Assembly (NCBI GenBank): GCA_963724115.1
Contig: CAVRSX010000002.1
Location: 578,746 to 642,745 of the forward strand
DNA length: 64,000 nucleotides
Direction of reading: 5' to 3'
Origin: an uncultured Solirubrobacterales bacterium
GTDB lineage: Bacteria > Actinomycetota > Thermoleophilia > Solirubrobacterales > Thermoleophilaceae
The notes under the pieces were generated by a model. The model had not been told where the DNA came from and searched no databases. It saw nothing but the letters and a program-made list of their open reading frames with translations. Shown one piece after another: positions 29,055 through 38,789 of this stretch (the stretch's first letter is position 1; each line of letters begins with the position of its first letter). Position numbers and translations under genes: made by a program.

Positions 29055-30658
29055 GGCGGCTGATCGCAGCCGCCGCGGCTGTGGCGGCGCTGGTGCTGGG
29101 CGCGCTGGTGTTCGCCGGGGCCGACGACGGTGGCGCGGCAGACCAGCGCGAGGTGCGGATGGTGTTCGACAACGCCTTCGGCCTGGTTGAGGGCGGCGAC
29201 TTCCGGATCGGCGGCGTGCGCGCAGGCCAGACCTCGAGCTTTGACGTGCTGGAGTCGGAGTCGGGCCCGCCGAAGGCAATCGTCAAGGCCACGATCGAGC
29301 GCACCGGGGGCACGTCCGAGTTGCGCCGGGACGCCACCTGCACGATCCGGCCGCAGTCGCTGGTCGGCGAGTACTACGTGGACTGCCAGCCCGGCTCGTC
29401 GCGCGAGCGGCTACGCGAGGACCAGGTGGTCCCGCTGCGGCGCACAGAGGGCACGATCCCGCAGGATCTGGTCAACGACGTGCTGCGCCGGCCCACGCGT
29501 GAGCGGCTCCGGCTGTTCGTTGCGTCGCTCGGCACCGGGCTCGCCGGGCGGCCGGCGGACATCCAGGCGGTGCTGCGGCGCTCGTTCCCGGGGCTGCGCG
29601 AGACGCGCAAGACGCTGCGCATCCTCGGCGACCAGAACCGCACGATCAAGCAGTTCATCGCCGACGCGGACACCGTGGTCACGCGCCTGGAGTCGCGCCG
29701 TGCGGACGTGACCGACTTCATCCGCGAGTCCCGCGGCGCCGCCGAGACCGGCGCCTCGCGCCGGGCCGAGTTGCGCGAGGGCGTGCGGCTGCTGCCCGGG
29801 TTCCTGACAGAGCTGCGGCCCACCATGGCGGAGCTGTCGAACCTGGCTCGCGAGGGCACCCCGCTGGCCGGCGAGCTGCAGCGTTCGGCTCCGGACGCCA
29901 CCACGCTGCTGCAACGGTTGGGGCCGTTCTCCGAGGCCGCCCTCCCGGCCCTGCGTGGCCTGGGCGACGCCGCGGTGCCTGCCACCCAGGCGCTGCGCGA
30001 GAGCGGCAAGGAGGTGGCCACGCTGCGCGCGCTGGCGCGTGACGCGCCGGCCACCGTAAAGCCGCTGCGCCAGACCCTGCAGACCCTGGACGATCGCCGT
30101 CGCGCGGTGGACAACGACTCGCGCGCGGCACTGACCGCGCCGCCAGCGCCCGACCCGACCTCAGCAGTTGGCGGCCGCGGCTTCACCGGCTTCGAATCGC
30201 TCGTGAACTACTTCTTCTGGCAGACCATGACCACCAACGGCTTCGACGCCATCGGCCACCAGCTGCGGGTGGGCGCCACGGTCTCGAAGTGCAGCCCGTA
30301 TCGCAACGCGCCACCCACCGACGCCGACAGCGAGCAGCTGTTCAAGGACTGCAACTCGTGGCTGGGCCCGAGGCAGCCGGGCATCAACGCCCCCGACCCG
30401 TCGGTGCCCGGGTCGGCCGCGTCCAAGGCGCGCGCGGCGAAGGGCAGCGCACCGTCCACGCCCAAGGTGGAGCTGCCGCCGGGCGTCAAGAAGCTGATCG
30501 AGCGCAGCGGCGGCGACACCAAGCCAGTCGACCCGACCGCACCGGCGCCGGGTGCCGGCTTGCCTCAGCCCCCGACCAGCCAAGGACCGACGGGGGGCGC
30601 GGGGGGCGGGAGCCCCCCGCAGGACATCGATTTCCTCGACTACCTGCTCAAGCCATGA
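29051..30658 (+). CDS. MCE-family protein 2 of 6 (Pro-rich C-terminus)
   Basis: ATGA overlap with the previous gene. TM helix plus VRMVFDNAFGLVEGGDFRIGGVRAGQ MlaD block. Confidence 0.85.
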   Translation: MRRLIAAAAAVAALVLGALVFAGADDGGAADQREVRMVFDNAFGLVEGGDFRIGGVRAGQTSSFDVLESESGPPKAIVKATIERTGGTSELRRDATCTIRPQSLVGEYYVDCQPGSSRERLREDQVVPLRRTEGTIPQDLVNDVLRRPTRERLRLFVASLGTGLAGRPADIQAVLRRSFPGLRETRKTLRILGDQNRTIKQFIADADTVVTRLESRRADVTDFIRESRGAAETGASRRAELREGVRLLPGFLTELRPTMAELSNLAREGTPLAGELQRSAPDATTLLQRLGPFSEAALPALRGLGDAAVPATQALRESGKEVATLRALARDAPATVKPLRQTLQTLDDRRRAVDNDSRAALTAPPAPDPTSAVGGRGFTGFESLVNYFFWQTMTTNGFDAIGHQLRVGATVSKCSPYRNAPPTDADSEQLFKDCNSWLGPRQPGINAPDPSVPGSAASKARAAKGSAPSTPKVELPPGVKKLIERSGGDTKPVDPTAPAPGAGLPQPPTSQGPTGGAGGGSPPQDIDFLDYLLKP

Positions 30659-32244
30659 ACCGCAACCGCACATCCCCGGCCCTGGTGGCCAGCCCCGTGC
30701 TGGTGGGAGCGGTCACGCTGCTGGTGGTGATCGTGGGCGTGTTCCTGGCCTACAACGCCAACTCCGGGCTGCCGTTCGTGCCCACGTACACGCTCAAGGC
30801 AGAGCTGCCCACGGGGGCCAAGCTGGTGAAGGGCAACGAGGTGCGCCTAGGCGGCTTCCGCGTTGGCGCGGTGTCGCGCATCGACGGCGCCGTCCGCCGC
30901 CGGGGCGGACGCCGGCTGGGGATCGCCGTCATTGAGATGCAGCTGGACAAGACCGTCGAGCCGCTGAGCGCCGACACCCGGCTGCGGGTGCGCCCGCGCT
31001 CGGCCCTGGGCGTGAAGTACGTCGAGCTCACGCCCGGCACGTCCAAGCGCGAGCTGGCCGCGGGCGCCACGGTGCCGCTGGCCCAGGGCTCGCAGTCCAA
31101 CGACTTCGAGGACGCGTTCGCCACGTTCGACCGCGAGGCCCGTCCCAACCTGCGCAAGGCCACAGAGGGGTTCGGCACCGCGTTCACCGGCCGCGGGCCA
31201 TCGGTGAACCAGGCGCTGGCCGCGCTGCCGCCGCTGCTGGACGACCTGCGCCCGGTCATGGCCACCCTGAACGACCCCAGCACCGACCTCGCAGGCCTCG
31301 TCCGCAACCTGGGCGCGGTGACCGCACAGGTGGCCCCGGTGGCACCTCAGGCCGCGGAGCTCGCGCGCACCGGGGCCGACACGTTCGCGGCGCTGAATCG
31401 GTCGCCCCAGGCGCTGGCGGACACGATCGCCGCCACCCCGCCGACGCTGGCCGTGGGCGCGGTCGCACTGCGGCGCTCGCGTCCCGTGGTCGCCCAGACG
31501 GCGATCCTGTTCCGCAAGCTGCGACCGGTGACACGCGAGTTGCCGGCCACGCTGCCGCCGATCAGCGACGCCCTGCGCGTGGGCACGCCGGTGCTCAAGC
31601 GGTCGCTGGACCTGTCGGACCGGCTGCGGACGACGTCGGTGGCACTCCGCGACCTGGTCCGCGACCCCAACACCCAGCGATCGCTGGGCAACCTGCGCAC
31701 CGCCGTGGCGCTGCTGAAGCCCACGATCAATTTCGTGGCGCCGTACCAGACGGTCTGCAACTACGCCAACTACTTCTTCCACCCGCTGGGCGAGCACCAG
31801 TCCCAGCCCGGGCCGGGCGGCAACATCCAGCAGCAGCTGGTCCGCACGGTGAACCTGGCCCAGCCCAACACGCTGGGGATGACCTTCAGCTCCCGCCCGT
31901 GGGACCTGCAGCCGGGCCAGTCGGCTCACGGCGCAACGTTCGACGGCCAGCCGGCTGGACGGCCGATGGCGCCGCCCTACCAGCCGGCGATCGACGCGGC
32001 CGGCAACGCGGACTGCCAGAACGGCCAGGTCGGCTTCCCCGCGTTCCGCCTGATCGAGGACTTCGTGCGCAAGAACGGCGCGGAGGGCAAGGGCGACCCC
32101 AACGACATCGTGACCGGCAGGCTGTCGGATGGGACGGCCGCCGGTGCGAACTCCGTGGTGGGCAAGAGCAACTACCCGGGCCTCGCCGGTGGCACGTACA
32201 AGACGCGCGAGCTGGGCATCGACAACCTCAAGGACATCCCGTGA
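30655..32244 (+). CDS. MCE-family protein 3 of 6
   Basis: ATGA overlap. MNRNRTSPALVASPVLVGAVTLLVVIVGVFLAY TM helix, then YTLKAELPTGAKLVKGNEVRLGGFRVGAVSRI. Confidence 0.85.
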   Translation: MNRNRTSPALVASPVLVGAVTLLVVIVGVFLAYNANSGLPFVPTYTLKAELPTGAKLVKGNEVRLGGFRVGAVSRIDGAVRRRGGRRLGIAVIEMQLDKTVEPLSADTRLRVRPRSALGVKYVELTPGTSKRELAAGATVPLAQGSQSNDFEDAFATFDREARPNLRKATEGFGTAFTGRGPSVNQALAALPPLLDDLRPVMATLNDPSTDLAGLVRNLGAVTAQVAPVAPQAAELARTGADTFAALNRSPQALADTIAATPPTLAVGAVALRRSRPVVAQTAILFRKLRPVTRELPATLPPISDALRVGTPVLKRSLDLSDRLRTTSVALRDLVRDPNTQRSLGNLRTAVALLKPTINFVAPYQTVCNYANYFFHPLGEHQSQPGPGGNIQQQLVRTVNLAQPNTLGMTFSSRPWDLQPGQSAHGATFDGQPAGRPMAPPYQPAIDAAGNADCQNGQVGFPAFRLIEDFVRKNGAEGKGDPNDIVTGRLSDGTAAGANSVVGKSNYPGLAGGTYKTRELGIDNLKDIP

Positions 32245-33740
32245 GGCGCGGGCAGAAGCAGCGGCTCACGAACTTCGGCGCCGGCCTGCTGGCCATCGTC
32301 CTGGTCACGGTGGCCTGCACCGTGGGTTGGTTCCGGATCAACCCGTTCGAGCAGAAGCACACGGTACGGGCCGAGTTCGCCCAGGTGTCCAACCTGGCCG
32401 TCCGCTCCCCTGTCCGGATCGCCGGCGTGGAGGTGGGCAAGGTGAGCAAGGTCGAACCGCGCAAGGCCGGTGGCGCTCGCGTGACCATGGAGCTCAAGCC
32501 CTCGGCGCTGCCGCTGCACCAGGACGCGCGGCTGAAGGTGCGCTCGCGCATCTTCCTGGAGGGCAACTTCTTCGTGGACCTCCAGCCCGGCACGCCGGCG
32601 TCCCCCGAGCTGGGCGCTGACGACGTGATCCCCGCCCGCCAGACGTCGGCGCCGGTGCTGCTCGGCGACGTGCTGACCACCCTCCAGCGCGACACGCGGA
32701 CTGACCTGCAGACGCTGCTGCGCGAGGTGTCCACAGGCCTGGGCGGCGGCGCCGCGCAGTCGCTGAACCGCAACGCGCCCGACGCCGCCCCGGCGCTGCG
32801 CGACCTGGCGGTGGCCTCGGACGCCACGCTGGGCCAGCAACCCACCGAGGACATCCAGCGCGTCCTGCGCGGCACCGCCCGCTTCACCGGCGCGCTGTCC
32901 GAGGACGAAGAGGCGCTCAAGGGCGTGGTCACGAACCTGGGCGCCACGGCCGGCGCGCTGGCCTCGCAGGACCGCGCGCTGTCGGCGGCGATCCCCGCGC
33001 TACGGGACACGCTGCGCGCCACGCGCCCGGCGCTGATCGCCCTGGACGGCGCCCTGCCGCCGCTGCGGGCACTGGCCTCCGAAGCCACCCCGAGTGTGCG
33101 CCGGCTGGACCCGGTGCTGGACGCCGCGCTGCCCTTCACCCGCCAGCTGAGCGGACTGGCGGGCCGCGATGAGCTGCGCGCCACCGCGCGCGCACTGCGC
33201 GTGAACACCCCCGCGCTGGACCGGCTGCTGCGAGCGTCGGTACCGCTGTTCGGCGAGGGTCGTGCCGCCTCGGCCTGCACCCAGAAGGTGCTGGTGCCGT
33301 TCGTGAACACCGACTTCCCCGACCCCGACTTCCCCGGCAACAGCGGCACCGTGAACCAGAAGCTGATGCGGTCGTTCGTGGGCCTCAGCGGCGAGAGCCG
33401 GTCGGTGGACGCCAACCAGAGCTACTTCCACGCCTCGGCGGTGCCGCCTGGCCTGCAGGTGCGCCCAGCGCCGCCGGACTCGCCGACCAACCCGCCGCCG
33501 CACCGTCCCGACGTGCCGTGCGAGACCCAGGATGTGCCCAACCTGGAGGCGCCGGACGCGAACCTGGTCCAGAGCGGCGGCCTGAACCCGCGCAGCGCGG
33601 CCGACCCCAAGCGCGCGGGTGGGCCCTCGGCCGCCACCCGCGCCCGCCTGATCAAGCGCGCATCCGGCAAGGTGGACGACTGGTACGAGCGCATCCTGGA
33701 GCGCCGCGCCAAGGCGCTGAAGAAGGAGCGCACGAAGTGA
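32241..33740 (+). CDS. MCE-family protein 4 of 6
   Basis: GTGA overlap. TM helix (AGLLAIVLVTVACTVGWF), then VRAEFAQVSNLAVRSPVRIAGVEVGKVSKV. Confidence 0.85.
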   Translation: MRRGQKQRLTNFGAGLLAIVLVTVACTVGWFRINPFEQKHTVRAEFAQVSNLAVRSPVRIAGVEVGKVSKVEPRKAGGARVTMELKPSALPLHQDARLKVRSRIFLEGNFFVDLQPGTPASPELGADDVIPARQTSAPVLLGDVLTTLQRDTRTDLQTLLREVSTGLGGGAAQSLNRNAPDAAPALRDLAVASDATLGQQPTEDIQRVLRGTARFTGALSEDEEALKGVVTNLGATAGALASQDRALSAAIPALRDTLRATRPALIALDGALPPLRALASEATPSVRRLDPVLDAALPFTRQLSGLAGRDELRATARALRVNTPALDRLLRASVPLFGEGRAASACTQKVLVPFVNTDFPDPDFPGNSGTVNQKLMRSFVGLSGESRSVDANQSYFHASAVPPGLQVRPAPPDSPTNPPPHRPDVPCETQDVPNLEAPDANLVQSGGLNPRSAADPKRAGGPSAATRARLIKRASGKVDDWYERILERRAKALKKERTK

Positions 33741-35050
33741 AGCGCGCCATCAGGGCCTACCTGCCGTCGTTCCTGGCCGTGACCGCGGTGATGCTGCTGG
33801 GCCTGGCCGTGGGCGCCTACATCCTGTCCAACCAGCGGCTGCGGTTCCCGTTGATCGAGGAGTCGCCGAAGAGGATCGACGCGGTGCTGTCGAATGCGCA
33901 AGCCGTCCAGCCCGGCCAGGGTCAGTCGGTGCGGGTGGCCGGCGTGACGATCGGTGCGATCGGCCCAGTCGAGCTCAAGGACGGCCGCGCGGTGGTCACG
34001 CTCGAGATCGAGCCGAAGTACAAGGAGCTGGTCAAGGACGACGCGACGGCACTGCTGCGCTCGAAGACCGGCCTGAAGGACATGTTCGTGGAGGTCGATC
34101 CCGGTCACGGCAAGACCCTGGAGGAGGGTGGCCGGATCGGGCTAAGCGACACCCTGCCCGACGTGAACCTCGACGAGGTCCTGGCGGTGCTGGACTCCGA
34201 CACCCGGCCCTACCTCCAGTTGCTGGTCAACGGCGGCGGCAAGGGTCTCGAGGGCCGTGGCGGCGACCTGTCCAAGACACTGCGCCAGCTAGGGCCGCTG
34301 CAGCGCGACACGCGCCGGGTGTCCGGCGCCCTGGCTCAGCGCAAGGCCAACCTGCGGCGGCTGGTCAACCGCTACGGCCGCCTGACAGAGGAGGTGGGCG
34401 CCAGCGACCGCGACCTGGTGCGGTTGGTGCGGGCCAGCAACGTTGTGTTCTCGGCCTTCGCCGAGCAGCGCGACAGCCTGTCGAGCGCGGTTGCCCAGCT
34501 GCCCGGCACGTTGCGCCAGACACAGACCACGCTCAACGACGTACGCGGCTTCAGCACCCGGCTGGGGCCGGCACTGCAGGCGCTGCGGCCCACCGTTCGC
34601 CAGCTGGACCCTGCAACGCGGGCGCTTCTGCCGCTGGCGCGCGAGGGCACACCGATCGTGCGTGACCGGCTGCGCCCACTGGCGCGCGCCACGCCGGCGC
34701 AACTGAACACGCTGGGCGCCGCGGCCGCCGACCTCTCGCGCGCGGGCCCCGACCTGACCACCTCGCTGGGCAAGGTCAACCGGCTGCTCAACATGGCGGC
34801 CTTCAACCCCGGCGGCGCCGAGTCGCTGGCCGGCAAGACATTCGACCAACAGCGCAACCGCCAGGAGGGCTATCTGTACTGGGCGGGCTGGGTCGCCCAG
34901 ACCGGCGGCTCGCTGTTCGGCACCGCCGACGGCCAGGGCGTGTTCCGACGCTTCACGCTCGGCAACACCAACTGCGGCACCTTCACCGGCTTCGGCCTGC
35001 CCCCGGCCGTGACAACCATCCTCGGCAGCGCGGGGCTCTGTTCGCTGTGA
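33737..35050 (+). CDS. MCE-family protein 5 of 6
   Basis: GTGA overlap. TM helix (FLAVTAVMLLGLAVGAYIL), then IDAVLSNAQAVQPGQGQSVRVAGVTIGAIGPVEL. Confidence 0.85.
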   Translation: MKRAIRAYLPSFLAVTAVMLLGLAVGAYILSNQRLRFPLIEESPKRIDAVLSNAQAVQPGQGQSVRVAGVTIGAIGPVELKDGRAVVTLEIEPKYKELVKDDATALLRSKTGLKDMFVEVDPGHGKTLEEGGRIGLSDTLPDVNLDEVLAVLDSDTRPYLQLLVNGGGKGLEGRGGDLSKTLRQLGPLQRDTRRVSGALAQRKANLRRLVNRYGRLTEEVGASDRDLVRLVRASNVVFSAFAEQRDSLSSAVAQLPGTLRQTQTTLNDVRGFSTRLGPALQALRPTVRQLDPATRALLPLAREGTPIVRDRLRPLARATPAQLNTLGAAAADLSRAGPDLTTSLGKVNRLLNMAAFNPGGAESLAGKTFDQQRNRQEGYLYWAGWVAQTGGSLFGTADGQGVFRRFTLGNTNCGTFTGFGLPPAVTTILGSAGLCSL

Positions 35051-36552
35051 TCAAGGAGACGCCAAGCCCGGGCCGGATCGTGGCGATGGTGGCGTTCGCC
35101 TTCTCGTGCGTGGGCATCCTGCTCTTCCTCTGGTTGTCGTTCGGCGGACCGGTGCCGCTGCGCTCGGAGAGCTACCGGTTCAAGGTCGCCGTCCCCGAGG
35201 CCACGTCGCTGGCGGTGGAGAGCGATGTCCGCATCTCGGGCGTGAACGTGGGCAAGGTCAAGTCCAAGGAGCTGTACGCCGCGGGCAACAGGACCCTGCT
35301 GGAGGTGGAGATCAAGTCGCGCTACGCGCCGCTGCCCCGCGACGTGCGCGCCATCCTGCGTCAGAAAACGCTGCTCGGCGAGACCTACCTGGAGATCAGC
35401 CCCGGCCACCGCAGCGGCCCGACGCTTGCCGATGGTGGCCGCGTACCGGACGCCCAGGTGCAGCCGACGGTGGAGTTGGACGAGATCTTCGGCGTGTTCA
35501 CGCCGCGCACGCGCAAGGCCTTCCAGCAGTCCGGCGCCGAGCTCGCCAAGGCCTTCTCGGGCTCGCGCGGGCAGGCGCTGAACGACGCGCTGGGCAACCT
35601 CGAGGGCACCGCCACCGCCGGTGAACGGCTGCTGTCGGTGCTGAACGACCAGCGCACCGACCTGCGCCGGTTCGTGCGCAACGGCAGCGTGGTGCTTGGC
35701 GCCCTGAACGACCGCCGCGGTGCCCTGCGCGGCGTGATCGTGAACTCGAACGACACGTTCGGAGCGCTGGCCTCGCGCGATCGGGAGCTGAGCGAGACGA
35801 TCACCATCCTGCCCACCTTCCTGCGCGAGTCGCGCGCGACACTGCAGCGGCTGGAGCGCTTCACCAGCAACTCCGAGCCGGTGGTCCGCGGCCTGCAACC
35901 GGTGGCCGACGACCTGGCCCCGACCGTGCGCGACCTGCGCGCGCTGGCGCCCGACCTGAAGGCCACGTTCAGGTCGCTGGACCCGCTGATCAGGAGCTCG
36001 CGAACGGCGCTGCCGGCGCTGACCCGCACGGTCAAGGGCGCGCGGCCGCTGGTGACGGCGCTGAACCCCTTCCTGGGCGAACTGAACCCGATCTTGGCGA
36101 TGCTCCAGTACAACCAGGTCCGGCTGGCCGGCTTCATCACAAACGGCACGCCCGGAATCGACGGCGACTTCGGCGGCCAGCGCTACAACAACGTGGTCGG
36201 CATCGTGGACCCGCGCTCATTCACCACCCCCACCGAGCGCCCGGCGGACGACCGCGGGCAGGCCTATCTGCCGCCCAACTTCGCGAACCGGCTGATCGCG
36301 CTGGGCGGGTTCGAGACCACCGACTGCAGCAAGGCCGTGGGACCGCGCAACAGCTTCGGCGACGTGCCGCGCAACGACGCGCTGACCGCGCCGCCGGTGC
36401 TGAAGAACACCCAGCGCTCGCCGTCGTGCCTGGTGGCGGGGCCGTCGCTGTACGACGGCAAGATCGTGCCCGAGGCGACCAAGGGCCGCACCAGGCTGAA
36501 GCCGCCGGACTCGGGCACGGAGGGCTCCACGCCGCTGACCGGCCGGCCATAG
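35047..36552 (+). CDS. MCE-family protein 6 of 6
   Basis: GTGA overlap. TM helix (VAMVAFAFSCVGILLFLWL), then YRFKVAVPEATSLAVESDVRISGVNVGKVKS. Confidence 0.85.
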   Translation: MIKETPSPGRIVAMVAFAFSCVGILLFLWLSFGGPVPLRSESYRFKVAVPEATSLAVESDVRISGVNVGKVKSKELYAAGNRTLLEVEIKSRYAPLPRDVRAILRQKTLLGETYLEISPGHRSGPTLADGGRVPDAQVQPTVELDEIFGVFTPRTRKAFQQSGAELAKAFSGSRGQALNDALGNLEGTATAGERLLSVLNDQRTDLRRFVRNGSVVLGALNDRRGALRGVIVNSNDTFGALASRDRELSETITILPTFLRESRATLQRLERFTSNSEPVVRGLQPVADDLAPTVRDLRALAPDLKATFRSLDPLIRSSRTALPALTRTVKGARPLVTALNPFLGELNPILAMLQYNQVRLAGFITNGTPGIDGDFGGQRYNNVVGIVDPRSFTTPTERPADDRGQAYLPPNFANRLIALGGFETTDCSKAVGPRNSFGDVPRNDALTAPPVLKNTQRSPSCLVAGPSLYDGKIVPEATKGRTRLKPPDSGTEGSTPLTGRP

Positions 36553-36593
36553 CCGCTGGCGCGTGTCCGCACGTGGCGGTACGATGACGTTCC

Positions 36594-37445
36594 ATGGCTT
36601 ACGAGCGCGGTCTATTCGGTCCCGACAGCGTCTCCTGGCGTGTGATCGGCCACCCGGCGGCGCTGGTGGGCGGCCTGCGCGCGCTGCTGCTGCAGGCGCT
36701 GCACCCGCTGGCGATGGCCGGTGTGGCGCAGCACTCGAACTACCTGGACGACCCGATGCGCCGGCTGCGGCGCACGGCCGGCTACGTGTCGGCGGTCACC
36801 TTCGGTACCCATGCCGAGGCCGAGGCCGCCGCCGCGGTCGTCCGCGGGGTTCACAAGCACGTGCACGGCATCGATCCCGTGACCGGCCGGCGCTACTCGG
36901 CCTCCGACCCGGCGACGATGGTGTGGGTGCACTGCGTGGAGGTGCACTCGTTCCTGGCCGCCTACCGCGCCTACGCGCGCCCGATCAGCCGTGCCGACCA
37001 GGACCGCTACCTGGCCGAGCAGGTGGAGGCAGCCGTCCTCCTGGGCACTCCCCGCCACCGTGTGCCTGACTCGGTCGAGGCCTACCGCGACTACTTCGCC
37101 TCCGTGCGTGGCGAGCTGTGCACCTCGCCCGCGGCCGAGGCCGCCATCGGCTTCGTGCGCCGGCCCTCGCTGCCCGACCTGAACCCGGCCGAGCGGCTGC
37201 TGCTCCAACCGGCGTTCCGCGCCATGGGCGATGCCGCCACCTCGCTGGTGCCGTCCTCGCTGCGCGAGCTGGCCGGGCTGCCCAAGGCCGGACCGCGCGA
37301 GCTGCCCAGCCGCGTGGCGGTGACCACGGCTTCGAACGCGGTGGCCATCGGGCTGCGGATCCCGCTGCTGCGCCACGCGGTCGAGCAGCCCCTTACCCGC
37401 ACGCTGGGCACCAAGCGCCGCCCGCGCGTGCCCGCCGCGGCCTGA
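36594..37445 (+). CDS. MpaB-family oxygenase (DUF2236)
   Basis: LFGPDSVSWRVIGHPAALVGGLRALLLQALHPLAMAGV...RLRRTAGYV...VHKHVHG is the DUF2236 / ER-bound-oxygenase MpaB pattern. Confidence 0.7.
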   Translation: MAYERGLFGPDSVSWRVIGHPAALVGGLRALLLQALHPLAMAGVAQHSNYLDDPMRRLRRTAGYVSAVTFGTHAEAEAAAAVVRGVHKHVHGIDPVTGRRYSASDPATMVWVHCVEVHSFLAAYRAYARPISRADQDRYLAEQVEAAVLLGTPRHRVPDSVEAYRDYFASVRGELCTSPAAEAAIGFVRRPSLPDLNPAERLLLQPAFRAMGDAATSLVPSSLRELAGLPKAGPRELPSRVAVTTASNAVAIGLRIPLLRHAVEQPLTRTLGTKRRPRVPAAA

Positions 37446-37449
37446 CGCG

Positions 37450-37964
37450 CTACGCCTGCGTCGAGTACCAGACCACGTCGATGCCGCGCGCGTCCCAGTG
37501 GCGGGCGCCGGCGTAGCGTAGGCCGACCTTCTCCATCACCCGCCTCGAGGCGAGGTTGCCGGGGTGGGCGATCGAGATGACCTCCTCGGCGCCCACCTCC
37601 TCGAGACAGAAGCGCAGCGCGGCCTGCGCGCCCTCGCTGGCGTACCCATGGCCCCACACCTCCGGGTCGTACAGCCAGCCGATCTCGGTGTTGCCGGTGG
37701 GATCCGGCTCCCAGTCGTCGTGGCGCTTGGCGCCCGTGCGGCCCACGAACCGGCCGCTGTCCTTCTCGTGCACGGCCCAGTGGCCGAACCGCCAGCGCTG
37801 CCAGTGCTCACGCAACAGCTGCACGCCGTAGGCCGATTCGGCCGCCGTGGCCGGCCGCGCCGGCCACATGTAACGCATGACCTCGGGCATCGCGCAGATG
37901 CGTGCGTACTCGTCGACGTCGGTGGGGCTCCACTCGCTGAGCACCAGGCGCTCGGTCTCGATCG
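37450..37964 (-). CDS. GNAT-family N-acetyltransferase (RimJ/RimL-like)
   Basis: IETERLVLSEWSPTDVDEY...EIGWLYDPEVWGHGYASEGAQAAL...NLASRRVMEKVGL. The GTG at 37964 is chosen as start; the longer 404-aa ORF is Arg/Pro-rich junk. Confidence 0.75.
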
Positions 37965-37979
37965 TGGGGATCACCAGAA

Positions 37980-38789
37980 CTAGATGCGGAACACGGGGAG
38001 CAGGCGCTTCTCGTGCTCGGCGTCGATGCGGGCCACCACCTCCACGTGCTCCTCGAGGCCCGATCCGCGCAGCTTGGTGGCCAGCAACTCGTCGACCTGG
38101 AAGATCCCGGATGAGTTGTTCATGGCGATCTCGATGGTCACCGCCTTCTCCTCGCCGGCGCGGATCTCCACCGAGTCGATCGCCACCGCCGACAGCGAGT
38201 GGATGTTCGGCCGGCCCTGCTCGAACGGCACCCGCGACCGCCCCTGTGCCAGGTCCAGCGCGTCGGCCACCCGTACGATTCCCGCCTCGGGCGTCAGCGG
38301 GTCGCCGCGACGGCGATGGCCGATCACCGCGTGCAGCGACTCCGACGCCATCACCGTACGCTCGGGCTCCTCGTAGATCCCTCCCAGCAGGCCGGCCAGC
38401 CGCTCGTTGGCCAGGAACAGGCTGAACGCCTCGTGGTCGGTGCGGTGGATGGACATCCCGGTGTCGTGGAGCAGGCAGCCGGCGGCGATGACCACCTCGG
38501 CGTCGTGCTCGCGCATCAGGTGGTCGCGCACCATGGCCGGCTCGACGGCTCGCTTGAACAGCAGCCGTGACAGCCGCAGCGCGATGTTCAGCACGATCCG
38601 GATGTGCACCCACGAGTGGTCGGACATGCCCAGCCGGGTGGCGAACGTCTGCTGCATCAGCCACTGGGCCTTCAAGCGCTGGTCGGCGTTGGCGGCCGCC
38701 AGGAACGACTCCAGCTTGCGGTTGCCGCGCGTGGGCGCATCGACCTTGAAGCCGGCGATCGCGTCGGCGGGCCTGGCGGGGCCGGTCAG
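37980..38789 (-). CDS. HD-domain phosphohydrolase (start uncertain: conservative TTG at 38675, coding signal continues to a CTG at 38789)
   Basis: HD motif (CLLHDTGMSIHRTDHE) and RLGMSDHSWVHIRIVLNIAL. The 38 codons between 38789 and 38676 are 37/38 G/C at position 3 and contain no ATG, GTG or TTG. CTG 38789 overlaps the fdhA stop as CTGA. Confidence 0.6.
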   Translation of the reverse strand: MTGPARPADAIAGFKVDAPTRGNRKLESFLAAANADQRLKAQWLMQQTFATRLGMSDHSWVHIRIVLNIALRLSRLLFKRAVEPAMVRDHLMREHDAEVVIAAGCLLHDTGMSIHRTDHEAFSLFLANERLAGLLGGIYEEPERTVMASESLHAVIGHRRRGDPLTPEAGIVRVADALDLAQGRSRVPFEQGRPNIHSLSAVAIDSVEIRAGEEKAVTIEIAMNNSSGIFQVDELLATKLRGSGLEEHVEVVARIDAEHEKRLLPVFRI

